A stretch of DNA of 64,000 bases, from the NCBI GenBank assembly GCA_002633005.1, contig NMRA01000083.1:649161-713160 (forward strand), written 5' to 3'. This DNA comes from Phoronis australis (Eukaryota > Animalia > Phoronida). A program made the translations under genes and the position numbers. Under the pieces are notes generated by a model. The model was not told the DNA's origin and ran no database searches. It saw only the letters and a program-made list of their open reading frames with translations. Below, one piece after another: positions 27,520 to 41,012 of this stretch (position 1 is its first letter; each line of letters starts with the position of its first letter).

Positions 27520-28825
27520 ATTCCACGAACAGCACGAGACTTGTGAAACAGCCTGGAATGCACTTGGTTGTTCATGAACTCCAGACTCAACAGGAGGGGT
27601 ACACTCCATGAAACGAGACTTGAGACTGACGGTAAGTCCCAAATTGGCTCTTATGCTCTCACATGAGATACTGAATAAAGGATTATCAATTTAACCATGA
27701 GCACATCATAGTTTACACAAATTGCCTCAGCAACAAGTAGTTAAGGGTACATACTCAGACACTTTGTATTTTTGCTAAAGTGAGTTTGAACTATTTTCCA
27801 TAAATAGTCATGGGAAGCGAAAGACCAAATTTCCAACTCAGTAAATCTATGACGCAGACCCCAGAACATGTAAAGTTATTCCTATGCTCCATGAACATCG
27901 AAAGACCAGTGAAACTCACCTGAACATGAACCAGTGTTCCTTACCATCACAAAAAAACGCAAAATCAGTGAAACTCTAATCTGAATACATATTGGCTAGC
28001 TCCTACATTCAGTCTCCACTAACAACACATGACAAGAGTGAAACTGAACATGTCACGTTATACCTATGCTCCCCGAATAACAAGAAACAAGTGAAACTCC
28101 TTCGAACAATACAATCTTCCTGTCCAAGAACCACACCTCTCACCTGAATATGCACTGTTACGTCACTCTGCATTCTGCAAATAAATCAAGGCTAGTGAAA
28201 CTCACCTGAATATGTATTTTAACAGGGCCCTCAATCACGCTTCATGAAAAACGAGAGACAAGTGAAACTCACCTGAACATAGATCTTTATTCCAGTGCTT
28301 CGTGAATAAAGTCGCATGTATATGGGAGATAGTTGTCATGGAGCAACAATGGAACGACTGGTCGTGCGCAAGTGTGTGTTTACACATTCAAGAGTGACAC
28401 CACGGCAGCCATTTTTGACACCAATTTGAGAGGTATATGTGAGCGATTCGCTAGCATTCCACGAGGTTTGGACATTCGCTATGGTTTATGTGAGCATGCG
28501 CAGACAGTCTTCCTGGAAATGACTCGCGCTGATCCAGTGTGCAATCTAATGTCATGTAAATGCGACTGAAGTGGAGCAAGTCACGGCATGACTGACAACT
28601 TGCACCCGGCTGTGGCAACTGTTCCCTGAGTAAAAACAGCTTAATACGTGTCCAATGAAACTCACCTTAACATGCATCTCCATGAACAGCACCAGACCAG
28701 CAAAATCCACCAGAACATGGTACTCATTTCTGTGATCCATGAACAACGCGTGTCCAGTGAAACTCACCTGAACATGTATCGTTATTCCTATGCTCCATAA
28801 ATGACGTGAGACTTGTGAAGCTCTT
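27520..28825. repeat. Degenerate ~55-65-bp tandem array derived from the 3' end and donor site of ZNF423 exon 3
   Basis: The core AGTGAAACTCACCTGAACATG, or close variants, recurs at about 27908, 27967, 28037, 28090, 28139, 28194, 28261, 28655 and 28756. The array is interrupted by unrelated sequence at ~28320-28640. Confidence 0.85.
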
Positions 28826-28935
28826 GGAGCACACCTGACAGTGATAGATCTCTTCATCGACTTCACTCGTTGTAGTCATGGAAACCTGGTGATCATTGAC
28901 TACAAGATGGGCATCATCACGCGGGAACTTCTCCA
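28768..28935 (-). CDS. ZNF423: ZNF423-like coding exon 3 with N-terminal atypical C2HC finger (IYHCQVCSKSFTSLTSFMEHRNNDTCS)
   Basis: Acceptor TTTCTATTTCAG, donor CAG|GTGAGT, 168 nt, phase 1-1. Lies inside ORF 28724..29089 and resembles the first degenerate finger of vertebrate ZNF423. Confidence 0.9.
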
Positions 28936-29350
28936 CTGAAATAGAAAAAAATCTACCATATTTACTTAATGATTGAAAAGGTCTGCATATCCACACAAGA
29001 AAACACAAAGGCCAACCATACAAGCCTGACAGCAGTGCCTTCTGTAGTGTATTGTAATGCAGATAAAACAAAAGTGCAACAAAGAACACTCAAAGCCTCA
29101 CGTAGCAAAAAAGTCTTATTCCTGGAAAAGGGTATAAATAAATAAATATGTGACTCATCTACATGCTTTTGGCTCCCTGGCTGCTTAAAGGCTAATAGTT
29201 CTCAAAGGAAGCCAGAACATAGAAACATAACTAGTCGTTAACGGAACGCATCTATTCATTTTTGACATTTCAAAATAACAAATATCATGTGTCACAAGAG
29301 ACCAAAACATGAACAGACAAGACATTTGAAGATTGAACCAGTCAGAGTAC

Positions 29351-29428
29351 CTGAGTTAGTGTCCCCAGAGATGCTGTTTGACACAGTCTCATGACACGTG
29401 GTGACGGCTTTGTCGTTATCATCTTCAT
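29351..29428 (-). CDS. ZNF423: ZNF423-like coding exon 2 (EDDNDKAVTTCHETVSNSISGDTNS)
   Basis: Acceptor TTTGTCTTTCCAG, donor CAG|GTACTC, 78 nt, phase 1-1, open in the frame linking exons 1 and 3. No recognisable homology, so the call rests on splice sites and frame. Confidence 0.75.
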
Positions 29429-29990
29429 CTGGAAAGACAAAAACAGAAGTTCAATACCGTAATGAGACACTCTAATCAAAGGCATATGATTAATTAGATG
29501 CAGTTGGTGCAACTTGTCATCATTCCCGCGACACACACTTAGCATTTAGTCTAATTTCTTATAGTTTTGAACATGAAAAACACACACAGTCAGCCAGGTA
29601 CAATCATGAACTGGTTCAAGAATTCCCCCAGGTGTGAAATGTTAAAGTAAATTAATTTCAAAAACTGCAAAAGTCGATTTATGTACAGTAACAAGAACAT
29701 GACTCGCAAAAATGTTAGCAAATGGTACTTTAAGTAACCACTGGCAGTGTGCTTACTACGAAGACAGGAACAATTAACTTTGCAACTCGTAGATGCTACA
29801 CAAATGACTCACTGTCTTTGTATCTTAGCTGTTTTTAAGTGACCAAATACCTGTGTTATTTTAATACACCTTATTGTTGATAGCAGTTCATAAGTCCTTT
29901 GCTAGGATGGTGCCAACACTCATGCAAAGCACTATGGGTAATGTTTTGGAGTTGGCTGAGGGAATGGCGTCCATGACAGTCATGACGAGT

Positions 29991-30334
29991 TTTTGAATAA
30001 ACTAAACTTAATGGATGTTCCCATATTCAAAACACTTATTCAAGAACCGTGGTGTACCATTTTGAATAAACTAAACTTAATGGATGTTCCAATGCTTAAA
30101 ACACTTATTCAAGAACTGTGGTGTACCATTTTGAATAACCTAAACTTAATGGATGTTCCCATGCTCAAAACACTTATTCAAGAACGTGGTGTACCATTTT
30201 GAATAAACTAAACTTAATGGATGTTCCAATGCTCAAAACACTTATTCAAGGATGTGGTGTACCATTTTGAATAAACTAAACTTAATGGATGTTCCCATGC
30301 CCAAAACACTTATTCAAGGATGTGGTACACCATT
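29991..30334. repeat. 68-69-bp minisatellite, 5 copies
   Basis: TTTTGAATAAACTAAACTTAATGGATGTTCC...TTATTCAAG..GTGGTGTACCA starting at 29991, 30060, 30129, 30197 and 30265. Confidence 0.95.
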
Positions 30335-33300
30335 AAACTTTCACAAAAAGCAATTATTAACTGGGTGTCAGCTCAATAGTCCGAAGGGCCATTGGTCAAA
30401 TAGTCTGAACTAAATTTCCTCTGGGTAGTCCGAAGAAGATAGCCTGAAGGACCGATAGTCTGAAGGAATGCTATTCCGAAAAATGACCATTTGCACACTT
30501 GCATTAATTTCTTGACAACTTGTTATTTCCGACATCAGTAAAAAGAACGCCTGACTACTAACGAATTGAACAGACATTTAATCTGACTTGTAGAAACAGG
30601 GGAATAATTGAAGTACCAAAAGATATAAACTGCCAACTCCGTAATGACATTTTTGTTAAAGAATATTTTTAAAATGTTACCATCTCTTATGAAATTCATT
30701 GACCAATACTTCAGTTTTATTTTTACTTAATACGCATGCACCTATATTCCAGCTTTTGAGAAATGCTTTGAAACGACCAATCATCGGAGTGTTTGGAGAA
30801 ACACAATTTGTCACATACATGATATCAACACTGAAAGAACTGAACATGAAAGGCCGTCTTTATATTTTTCATATTTTTCCACTTATTTTTCCACAGTAGG
30901 GAAGATTCGCAAATCTATTGTTCAACCTCGGACCACTGCAGCTTCAATACACCTACTAGTATACGAGATGGCATTTTAAGGTTACGAGGCATCCTAGAAA
31001 AATGTCCACATTTGGCTAGATTTGGAACATTACGTCCCAGAAATGGTTTGCTAAATTTGGAACATCACGTCCCAGAAATGGTCTATCACATGCAGATATT
31101 GTGCTTTGTGCACTATTCCAGGAATTGTTTTTAAAATTTATCACTTTTGCATTAGTTGCATTAAACAAAATAAAATATTAATTTAGAAAACTATAACAAC
31201 ATTTTTGAAATTTCACCTTTAACATTTAAGTAAAAAGAACTTTGGTCATGTTATAATATTGAAACCAAGTTTTTGCTATGAATGTACCTTTCTTTTTTCA
31301 TCAAGTTCCTTAAATCATGGTAACACAATAAGAGAATTAGCTACCGGAGTTAACCTTTCCCCGCCAAAACCTCGGTAAAAGCTAAGTTTCAGCTCTTATG
31401 GGAAAGCAACATAAAAAATCAGTCACATTATATTCCTTACCTTGAAGGGATGCTATTTTGGTAACCAACTCGAGTCGCTGCCATTTTCAAATTCGGAATT
31501 TTTGGGTTGGTTAACAATGAACCCTGAAACGTTTTCTTGAGACGCTGAGTATTTCAACACCAATAAACCCTGAATCATTTTCTCAAGTCCCTTTGGTAGC
31601 AGAAAAAGAATCTCAATATGGTAGGGGATGTTATGAGACAGATTTTATGACAGCAAAAGGCCCAATTCAATTTTTGTTTTTATCTAGTTAAACGAGAAGG
31701 AATATTTTTAGATTCAGTAGCCAAAATTCCTCATAGCAGAAATGTAGTTAAGATGATTTAAAAGAGAACGAAAAATACTTAGCCAGAGCATGGGGCAAAA
31801 TCCTCTTATTTTTAAAATATTATGCCTTTTTCTGATAACAAGCTTCACTATTCAAAAAGAAGAGATGGTGATAAAAGTGAATCATTATTGTAAATCATTA
31901 CTTTTTTACTTATCTTTATGATCCTACATGAAGTTTGCCCTCAAACTGTTTCTGTAAAATCTTAATAATTTTGAACAAAAATAATTACAAAAATTTATTG
32001 TTATTTAATTTTCTAACGCTTCCTCAACAATTTCAAAAAATTGCTTCCTATGGTCGTCTTGGTATTGACAAGGCTCATTTATTACCAAACTTGTCCACCA
32101 CACTGTACCCTGAATAGGGTTGGGTACATGCAAGCAGGTACAATCCCGATATCAATACTGCCAAATCAATATTGATACTCACTTGACATTGATATTGAAT
32201 ACAGTGACTAAAATGAACTGACAAATAAGCGACTTCGTTCATTATTTTTAAAATAATATAAATTAGTTTTTTTGTAGTTGACAGTACAATTGCATCATGC
32301 ATACACAGCAGACGTGTCTCCATATCGAGGGAGCTGAAGGTAAACACAAGTTAATGACACTTTGGGAACAAAGCTAAGCTGAATTGGAAAATATCAACTT
32401 AGCCATACGTTTGGTATTCCAAGTATCAACTGAGACATTGAGCACCGTACTTTTTGTTTCAACACTGTACAGATTTTTTGTTTCGGTATTTCGTAAACTA
32501 TGGTTTCCAAACCTAGTCTAAAATACATAAGCCATCCACAAAACTTGTAAAAACGCATCCGGGATCCTGTGAAAATGAAACTCAAAAATCTGAAGCAACA
32601 CGAAGCAACGAAAACACAGGGTTACCTAGAATACAGTAGAGAGAGAACTGTAAAACCTCACCAATGTAGGGTGCAATTTGTGGCAGACAAGTGAAATTTA
32701 ATTTTCTCATTTTTTCCATAAGACATGAAGCAGTGCACCAAATTAATGTTTTTTTCCAGTTCAAGTTCTGCACTACAGCTACTATCAAGACAGTATTGTG
32801 AACTCATGGGGGCATTCAGTACAAAGTAAAAAGATCCTGAAAAAAGGAAAAACGAGCAATTTTGGCGATTAGTTTTGTCCAAAATTGGCGAGATTTTATC
32901 ACAGATTGTAAAGCAGTAGATGTCATCAAAATTAAGTATATATGCAAAATGACTGTTTCAATGAAATTTATTTCTGTTTTTCTCGGCTCACTTTTAGCCT
33001 TGTGCCAGTCACTGTGCACCATTTAGTCAACAAAACCCATATACACATATCAGCATTTGTCATATCATCGAAACTGACAGCTGAAAACGTAAGTTTTTAC
33101 GATCAGGACTTTTATCACATGTAACGATACAGCCACGCAATAACTGTGTTATCCAACGATGAAATAGGGAAGAACAGATTTTCGATATTTCATATGTGAA
33201 ATAACCACCATTATTCCCAAGGCAGCTTTGCGTGCAGTGGCACATACTGGTATTACGCTCATTCAGCACCGGCCTAAAACACATGATCAGAAAACACTGT

Positions 33301-36300
33301 TTGCACATTAGTCATGCTAGGGCCCTGCCGCGGTTTTTGCTGAATAATTCAGACTACTCAACTGTCTGTTTAACTTTCAGCTCATTTGGTCGCAGCATGC
33401 GCGGATGTGTGCAGAGATACTGATTTCATGAAATCAATTGTGAATCAAAGGTAGTATATTTGCGAAAACTTTTTATCAATTGTAAAGTTTGGATGATACC
33501 AGAAATTTTGAAGTGAATTGCTAATGAGTTCTCATTTGTCCGACTTCAGCCTTGGTTACATTTTACAAAAATTACGGAGACTTCGTGGATTTTCACCAGG
33601 TCAGCGAGGTCGTCAAACAAAACATGAAGTCACATAGGCGAGATGCTGGTCTGCCGTTATAATTCGGGTAATACGACTAGGACTTACGATAGCTAATTAA
33701 CTGTGGTGAACCCAAAAGTACTTATAGGCTCCAACGAACTGTCACCTGTAGACTGGTGAAGCAGGACACAAAATTTAAACAGAAATGCTGAACAAGAGTA
33801 ACACCAAAGAAGTAGCCAAGAAGAGTAGCTCAACAGTCGTAAAGGTAATTCATGATTTGATTTTTCAAAATTTATGAAAATAAAATAAAATATGTAAAAT
33901 TAATGTTTCTTAAAATTGACTTCAGCGACCTCGATTGGCCAACGAGTGAATCATTACTATGGTAAACAATATTCCAACACACACAAGAAAAAGCACTTTC
34001 AATCAACTGATTCGGGATAACCGCAGGAGAGCTGCATTTTCGTCAACCACTTCTCATAAAAGACCATCCAATAAAACTGGCTTTTAATACATTGACAATG
34101 TAATATGCAATGTTTTCTTAGTCACCAGATGGGTTAGATGCATGCCTTTCAGGAGCAAAACTTTTGCATAAATTGACATTCACTAAGACACAGAAACTTT
34201 TTAGAGCACTGAAAGTAAAGTCAAAAAAGTGTACGTTGAGAAAAATCAGTAGTCACCCTGCAGCCACACATGGGAATTTGTCAGGACAAATACAGTAGTA
34301 AATCTCTTTGCACACTATCAAAGTGACCGGCCCTCTCACTTCCTGCCCACATCTGTACTTTCACTCAGTTGGATACATTGACCTACTTTCACGCTCTAAT
34401 TTGTCGTTTGAATACGCAAGGCTTTCCTGTCTCACAACCCAAGCAAAAATCCAGGGATACTATATTGCATTCAGATCAACTTTAACAGGAGCCACTTCGT
34501 TGAAATAACTTCTGAACCCTGCTGTGCTGTGATTGATTTGATTTAACAGAATCAAAGAGGACAAATATAAGTAACAAGTCTGTAAAACGTGTTTCAGAAG
34601 CAATCCAAGCTACAAAGTTGCCATCGATAATCATATCATCTTAATCAAGCCAACAACACAAACGATGAAAGAAGTCTTTACTGCTTTATGCCATTTTAGC
34701 AAAAGCTTCCCCTTTGGAATGATGGCTTGTAGACAGCACAAGGACCCTTGCTGGGGCATATCAGAGTACTAGTGCATTTGCCGGGGCCCATATCTTCATC
34801 ATAATGATCAATAGACTATTGGATAACAATAGTTGGAGCTATCGTTGAAAATTCAAAATGCTTTGATAAACAACAAAAAATTTGCTAACAATTCTAAGAT
34901 GTCCGTTCAAACTGATTTACTGTACCGTACCGTTAGTGTCGTAATTCTTCAACTATTTATCACGCAATATGGTGGACAAGTGAAAATTGTTTTTTCATTT
35001 TTTAACAAAAATTAAAATTGAAAACTTGAATTGAAGTATAGATGTTATAAAACAACAGTAAAGTTCACATAATTTGCAAGGTAATCAGACTATGAAAATA
35101 GAAAAAAAGAGGATTTCGGCAATTATTAACGTGCACATTACGTGAAAAATTACTGCAACAGCAGTGCATTATAAAAATAATGAATGCTAAAGAAATTTTC
35201 AAAAGAGGTTGAAAATAACTAATTTCACCAAATGTAACCAATGTTAGGTATTAGAGTGGACCCCAGGACTAACAAGCTTAAAAGGGTCACAGGAAAGGGT
35301 GAGGACCATGCAACCCAAACCCCCCCTCAATAATTTTCCATCAGAAACAGTCAGGCAGAAAGGGAATTGACAACTGCGGATTGATTTGCGAAAGTGAAAA
35401 CAACAGGAGATTAAGACAAGAAAATGGAGCGTGTCCACACCCTATAATTTCTTAGTAATACATTCCTATCAGGTCAAAAATTTGTGTAGAATTGGTTCTA
35501 GCCATTTTTTGAAAATTGATGCAGTAATGCAGTTTAGGCATTCAAATTTTCAAAAATAAAGTTGCAACTGAACTGGGATAAGCTTCTTCCTTTTCTCTTC
35601 CCAAGAAAGCATCACCTCATGTCAACTTTGATGGGCAAAAGAGTTGGACACAGACAAGAAGCGACCATGCTTTTTTGGCCTAAATGCACAACAATGTCAA
35701 TAGGAACATGTGGTTTGTTATCGCCTAACATATAATGTTAAGTTTAGCAGGGGAAGGCTCATGGGGACATAGCTGGTTGAAAACATCTTGCTCAGTTATA
35801 ATTTGAAGGTCACAACGGTGGTTCACTGTACTTGGCCTTAAAGGATCTCAAACCTGTATTTGTCTAAGACCTGCTATAGGTAGGTCTTACACCTGCTATA
35901 GGTAGGTCTTACACAGGACTCAAAATGCAAATACAGGTTTAGTCAAAATATTGATGAAGAAAAAGCCAAGGCCTATTTTGCATCTATTCACTATTGTTTT
36001 CTGTTTCTGAAAATTTCAAATTTCAGTTGATCCATTCTTGTTGTTTTATTTACCGATTTATATTCTACATTTCGTGAAGCAATAGTATCCTTGGGAGGAT
36101 CTGGATCGCCTTATTTGGTTTCAGATTTATTTCTACGTTAAAAACACTGAAATACTTTGTACATATATTCAAATTTGTGCAAAATTATGCAGGGTCTAAA
36201 ACTTTATGAATTTTTCATTTGGCACATAATAAAGCCTTTTAACAATGGAGAAGTTTCAGCTAGATGTAAAGTTGTGAGTAAAATTCCAGAGATTTGAGAA

Positions 36301-36915
36301 GCCGATCTACATGAATAAAGCAGACAGGGTGAAAATTTGCCCCAAAAATCTGCAATAGGCCAACCATCATCAAATTTCCCATACAACACGTAAATCAACT
36401 CCAGAATGAGGAATCCACACAAATCTGCGAGATGTTATGGGAAAATTCAAGTCCTGAATGCCAACTTCCTGGTCGTCCACTCACCTCCCTGCCACATTCA
36501 TGCAGAAAGTATTCATTTGAACTCTATCTGAGAACTCAAGGCTTCAGCCAATCACAAGAACACATCAGCTCTTGTGAATATTCACTGCCAGAAGGTAAAA
36601 CTAAGTCAGTGCATGTTAACAATTCAACATCAAGTAAACAGGTAAAACCAGAACTCTACTTCAACACGACATGATGTCAACTAAACACCAGGTGTAACAC
36701 TTCACAATGAGACAGACGTATATTCTGATGCATATTGAGAGCCATGCTCCCGAGATTCCACGCCAACCACGACACAAGTAGGTCACACACAGTGTACAGT
36801 GTACTGTAGAAGGCATTTATAAAGTACACCATATGATCTCAGAGACGTGGAAAACAAACCGTCTCGGTCAACCTAATAATGACGCACCTCCAGTAAGCGA
36901 TCGTGGGATACTCAC

Positions 36916-36955
36916 GTTTAAAAGACTTCGGGTTCGCTTGTTTTCTCCTCGACAT
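36916..36955 (-). CDS. ZNF423: ZNF423/ZNF521 (Oaz) ortholog, coding exon 1 (MSRRKQANPKSFK, NuRD-recruiting motif)
   Basis: ATG at 36955 gives ATG TCG AGG AGA AAA CAA GCG AAC CCG AAG TCT TTT AAA C|GTGAGTA. It matches the MSRRKQxxP N-terminal motif of ZNF423/ZNF521/SALL/FOG1/BCL11. 40 nt, phase-1 donor. Confidence 0.93.
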
Positions 36956-37380
36956 ATCGTGAGGCCACGGCCAACAGACACCGAAGCTGTATTGTCGGGG
37001 TTCAGTCTCCTAACTGTGCGAGTAAGCGACGACGTGCCAAAGGCTTAAATTACTCAGCATGCCGGGCACAGCAAGTGGTTCGCGCCAGTTCACTAATCAG
37101 CCCTGTAAACGATTCAGTCGTCGAGCACCCAGCTGTGAGCTCTGACAGACGAATGAAGCCCTGCAGCTCTCTACGCGTGATTTCGGTCCAATTGTAGGCC
37201 ATTGAATTGCAAACCTCCAGTGTCGAAGATTATTATTGAATACATTTTGCGGGAATGAATAAGAACAGCTCCACAGGGATTCGACAAACGACTTTGCCAT
37301 GCGGCGAATTACGTAGCATTTCATTCTTTGTTTGCCGCCAGATGTCGACGCCACGCAAAGGCATCTGCGTTCTGATTTTT
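36956..37380 (-). promoter_or_regulatory. Putative 5' UTR / proximal promoter of the ZNF423-like gene
   Basis: CpG-richer stretch directly upstream of the ATG, with CCAAT near 37187 and a CTCF-like CCGCCAGATGTCG at 37335. The TSS cannot be determined. Confidence 0.4.
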
Positions 37381-38042
37381 AGGGCAAAAAGTTTAGGGAA
37401 AAAGAATTGTAAATCCCGAACATAATTTGCTGTTTATTTATAATTCATGGAAAAATGCCCTTCGTGAATATCAAACTATAAGTTGTGCAAGGCCATATGT
37501 AAATTTTATCTGTTTGAAGACATCGAAAGTGACTTTTAGTTCTCCTGAGACACTTTAATTTACACCAGCACTATATGACTTCAGACAATCGCATTTACAA
37601 AACCGACTAGTGTGTTGAGAAAGCGATGAAACAAATGTTTGCTGGATGGTATGTGATACCGAGGTGTGATTTCTTTCACTTCTAAACGCTATCATTAAGT
37701 GTGCATGTAGTTTACAACAATATTAGCTGTATTTTGGGCTGAACACAAAGTTGGAAAAACCCAAAAGACTTTTAACTTAGTCATTTGTATGAAAATACAG
37801 TGCACGTTGGCTTATCCTTATCTGCCTACAAATATTTTTCCAATTGCTCAATATTGAACAGTTTAATCTTGTTTTGTTAGTGAGTTTTCATTACGAACAT
37901 AAAGAGCCATATTTTCTCGTTAATATTACGCTATATCTTACGGCCCTTGATTTCCTCATGTGACTGTCACAAAGGCCTTTATCCGAAAGAATTTTAACGG
38001 TCGCGACATCTTGCAAACAGCTAAAAGCGAAGCTTTAGTTTA

Positions 38043-38168
38043 CGCCTCCGTAGTGGGATTGGAACCCACGACCACGCAGTGTATCAGGACACTCACAATC
38101 GCACAGTAGTTCAGTGTCAGGCTTGTCACCTAACACCGGCGTCTTTGACCGCTCGGACACTCTGTCAC
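38043..38168 (-). pseudogene. Degenerate tRNA-Leu-like element / tRNA-derived SINE head
   Basis: GTGTCCGAGCGGTCAAAGACGCCGG...GTCGTGGGTTCCAATCCCACT. A and B boxes are present but the acceptor stem does not pair. Confidence 0.5.
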
Positions 38169-39058
38169 ACGCACACTCTGCTCTTGCCTGTTATCATTTA
38201 GATCGTCGTTTAATTTGACCTCAGATAACTTCTGAAACCCTATTTCTAAGCTTCCGAGAAACACGCTATCTGAAAATGCGAAAAAATATGTGCAGACGGG
38301 AATATTTACAGCATAGGTCAAAACCTTAGGGGAGACCCGTTGAGTTCAAATTATCGACGACCTGAGGTGGGGCAGAAGTTGCGAAAGTCGACACCCTTTC
38401 CTATAAATTTTACCTTCCTACTTGCCTGTGCATGGGGAATCCAAAAATGGTTACCACATGTATAACATGCACATTTTGGCCCATGAGCCTGTAGTCCTAC
38501 GTATGTGAAAACGTCCCTATATCCGATGTAGTAGGTACTTTACAAGGAACACTTGAGTACATCTCGCAAAGGAACATGTTTTCATAATAACATGTGAGTG
38601 AAGGTTGTTACGAAACTTAAATATTGTCGTGTTTTATAATAAATGTGATTAATTTTGCCAAGTACTGAGAATGGGGAAAGGACTAACGCACAATAATCAC
38701 CCATTTTTGAACTTTAAAAAACTGATGAATCTTTTTTTCGCCATTTTGACTGGAATCGGAACTATACCAGATTGTACAAGTTTTTACAAAATTTAGAGGT
38801 CATTTGCATTTGTTTATCAATGTTAGAGTTTTCTGGAGACCCTGATTGAATGTTTTCGTGATTATTATTAGAGCAAGGTTACTCGGCTTTGAAAATTTTT
38901 ACGCCCATATCAAAGATCGTGATTCGTTTCCATGTATACAAATAATTCGGTTTCTTTTTAAGTAAGACCTTATCGAAAAGTCTGTTTAAATGAGCAAAAG
39001 TACAGGCTTGCTTTCTGAAATTGGAAACAATGTAGAATTTTTTTGGATCTTTTAACAA

Positions 39059-39323
39059 CATGCGCGCACCCAGGGGGTGGGGCTCGGGGGCTCAAATTAG
39101 CCCCCCTATTTGGCGAAGTGGGCAAAAAGGTCCGCCTCAAAGAAACAAAAACTCCGAAAAAAGTAGAAAACGACACAAAGGTCCATTAAAAAGGCAGGGA
39201 CTACCTAAATTCGGCGAATGCACAATTCATAGCTTTGAACGTATCCGTTTTATTTTAATAAACGGTCCACATCCTCAAAAATTCGAGCCCTCCCCCCATT
39301 GTTTTAGGCTGGGTGCGCGCATG
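39059..39323. mobile_element. MITE, 15-bp perfect TIR, 5-bp TSD
   Basis: TIR CATGCGCGCACCCAG / CTGGGTGCGCGCATG. TSD AACAA on both sides. Confidence 0.85.
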
Positions 39324-40652
39324 AACAATCTGCCATTAATTGGGTCTCGAGACAATGTCTAGTATAATTTAGAAAAAGTGTATCTTGATTGCAAAACAAA
39401 GGTAACAATAACATGAACAAATTTTGTTTGATATAAATGATCAAGACGAACTCTCAAAAGCTCTGTTACAATTTTCTTATTGAATCATTTCGTTTTCGTT
39501 TTGTACAACTCTTTAGTTTTTTCACGAAGACCATAAAGTTCTATTTTGATAGCTCCTAGTGCAAAAGTGGAAATTTTTATTTAAAAACAATTCTTAGCAA
39601 TGTTATGAGTATGGTGTAAAGCATAATAACTAATCGTTTCATGTGCATCAGATCAACCATTTCTGAGATAATTCATATACAATTCAGTTATTTGGAGTTG
39701 TGTTGAACAATCATGGTTTGGAGTGGTGTTGAACAATAATTATTTGAGCTTAAGTTTCTACTGAACTAAGTAATGTGTTAAAAACCATTTCATGCAATTT
39801 TGCCTAAAATGAGGCGAAAAGAGTATCTTCAGTGCGTGTGATTTGACCCAGAGGCAGATCGTTGAGTGCTACTGCTGAGCTAGTGAGCTTGATTCCGTGT
39901 TATAGCTAATATTTGTAAAATTTACTTTTTTCGCCGAGAAGGTCTCTTTTGGAGAAAATAAACTTCCATTTGACCGCCTTAGTGTTTGATGTATAGGAAA
40001 CGACCTACCGTGATTTCTTGATTCAAGGTATTTGTGACGGGCGAGGCGACGAAATTTTACAGTTATTTTCACTTCAGTTTTATTTGATTTTGTAATTCCA
40101 AACTCACTACCAAAACAACTTGATATCGGTTATTCCACGCATCGTCATCTCTTAAAAGCATTGTTTTGGTTCATTTTTGATTAAAATCATTTGTTTTGTT
40201 TCGTTTTGTTTTAATATGGCGAGTTACCATTCCTAATCACACGCCATAGAACCGTGGGCCGAATATAGTTCCGTGACCCACCTCAGCAGGAAAATTCACC
40301 GCTGTTTGGTTGATTAATCCGCTAAGAAATTTGTGATTTCGCGCTGCTTCTACTGTTTTTATTCAGCACCAGTTTTATACCTTTTGTACAAATTGCACAA
40401 TGTGTCTGTCATGCATGGGCAGATGTATGGGCAGATGTATTAGACGCAATTTCTAAGTTAGATTTTTCAAGTTTTAAAAATATTATTCAAAACTTTTCCA
40501 GCTGCCATCCTTCCCAACTCGATTTCGGAAACAGCAAAGAAATATTGTTCTTTGTACAACACACTGAACAATATTTGAAGATATTTCCTTTTTTCAAAAT
40601 GCGAATTGTATTTTTTTTCTGAACTATGGACCAACTGAGTGCCCAGTTTCAT

Positions 40653-41012
40653 CAAATAGGGACTCGGCTAACTTCCCTAGATCAACTGCGTATTTGTGTC
40701 TTTCATTACTCACAGATGCTATCTTTTTCTATCATTTCATCTTCGTTATGAACTCTAGTGACATTTTTTAAATAAAAACTGAGTCCTGAGTTCAGTAAAA
40801 ATAACAAGGGTCTTAGTCCTTAAATTAGGGCGTTGCATGAAAAGATCCTTAATTATTTTCGATAATATTGAGACTTCAGAGAAGCGTTCACTCTCGATTT
40901 GTATCGAAATCAAAAATTGGCTTAGTAATGAAACTAAAACAGTATAAGAAAGTACAATCGGCGTTTTCACAAATACACGGTAGATTTAGGGAACTTAGTT
41001 GGGTCCCTATTT
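40653..41012. mobile_element. Foldback/MITE-like element
   Basis: ~45-bp imperfect inverted repeat: CAAATAGGGACTCGGCTAACTTCCCTAGATC...TATTTGTG versus CACAAATA...GATTTAGGGAACTTAGTTGGGTCCCTATTTG. Confidence 0.55.

Noticed and set aside
27850-28790. CRISPR-like pattern (conserved ~21-nt core with variable intervening sequence)
   Set aside because: The context is a eukaryotic intron with no cas genes. The apparent spacers are homologous to each other and to the adjacent exon, so this is a decayed tandem duplication.
29993-30202. ORF with repeated LNKLNLMDVP...LIQE peptide resembling a repeat protein
   Set aside because: It is a product of the 69-bp minisatellite, and the frame breaks when the unit becomes 68 bp.
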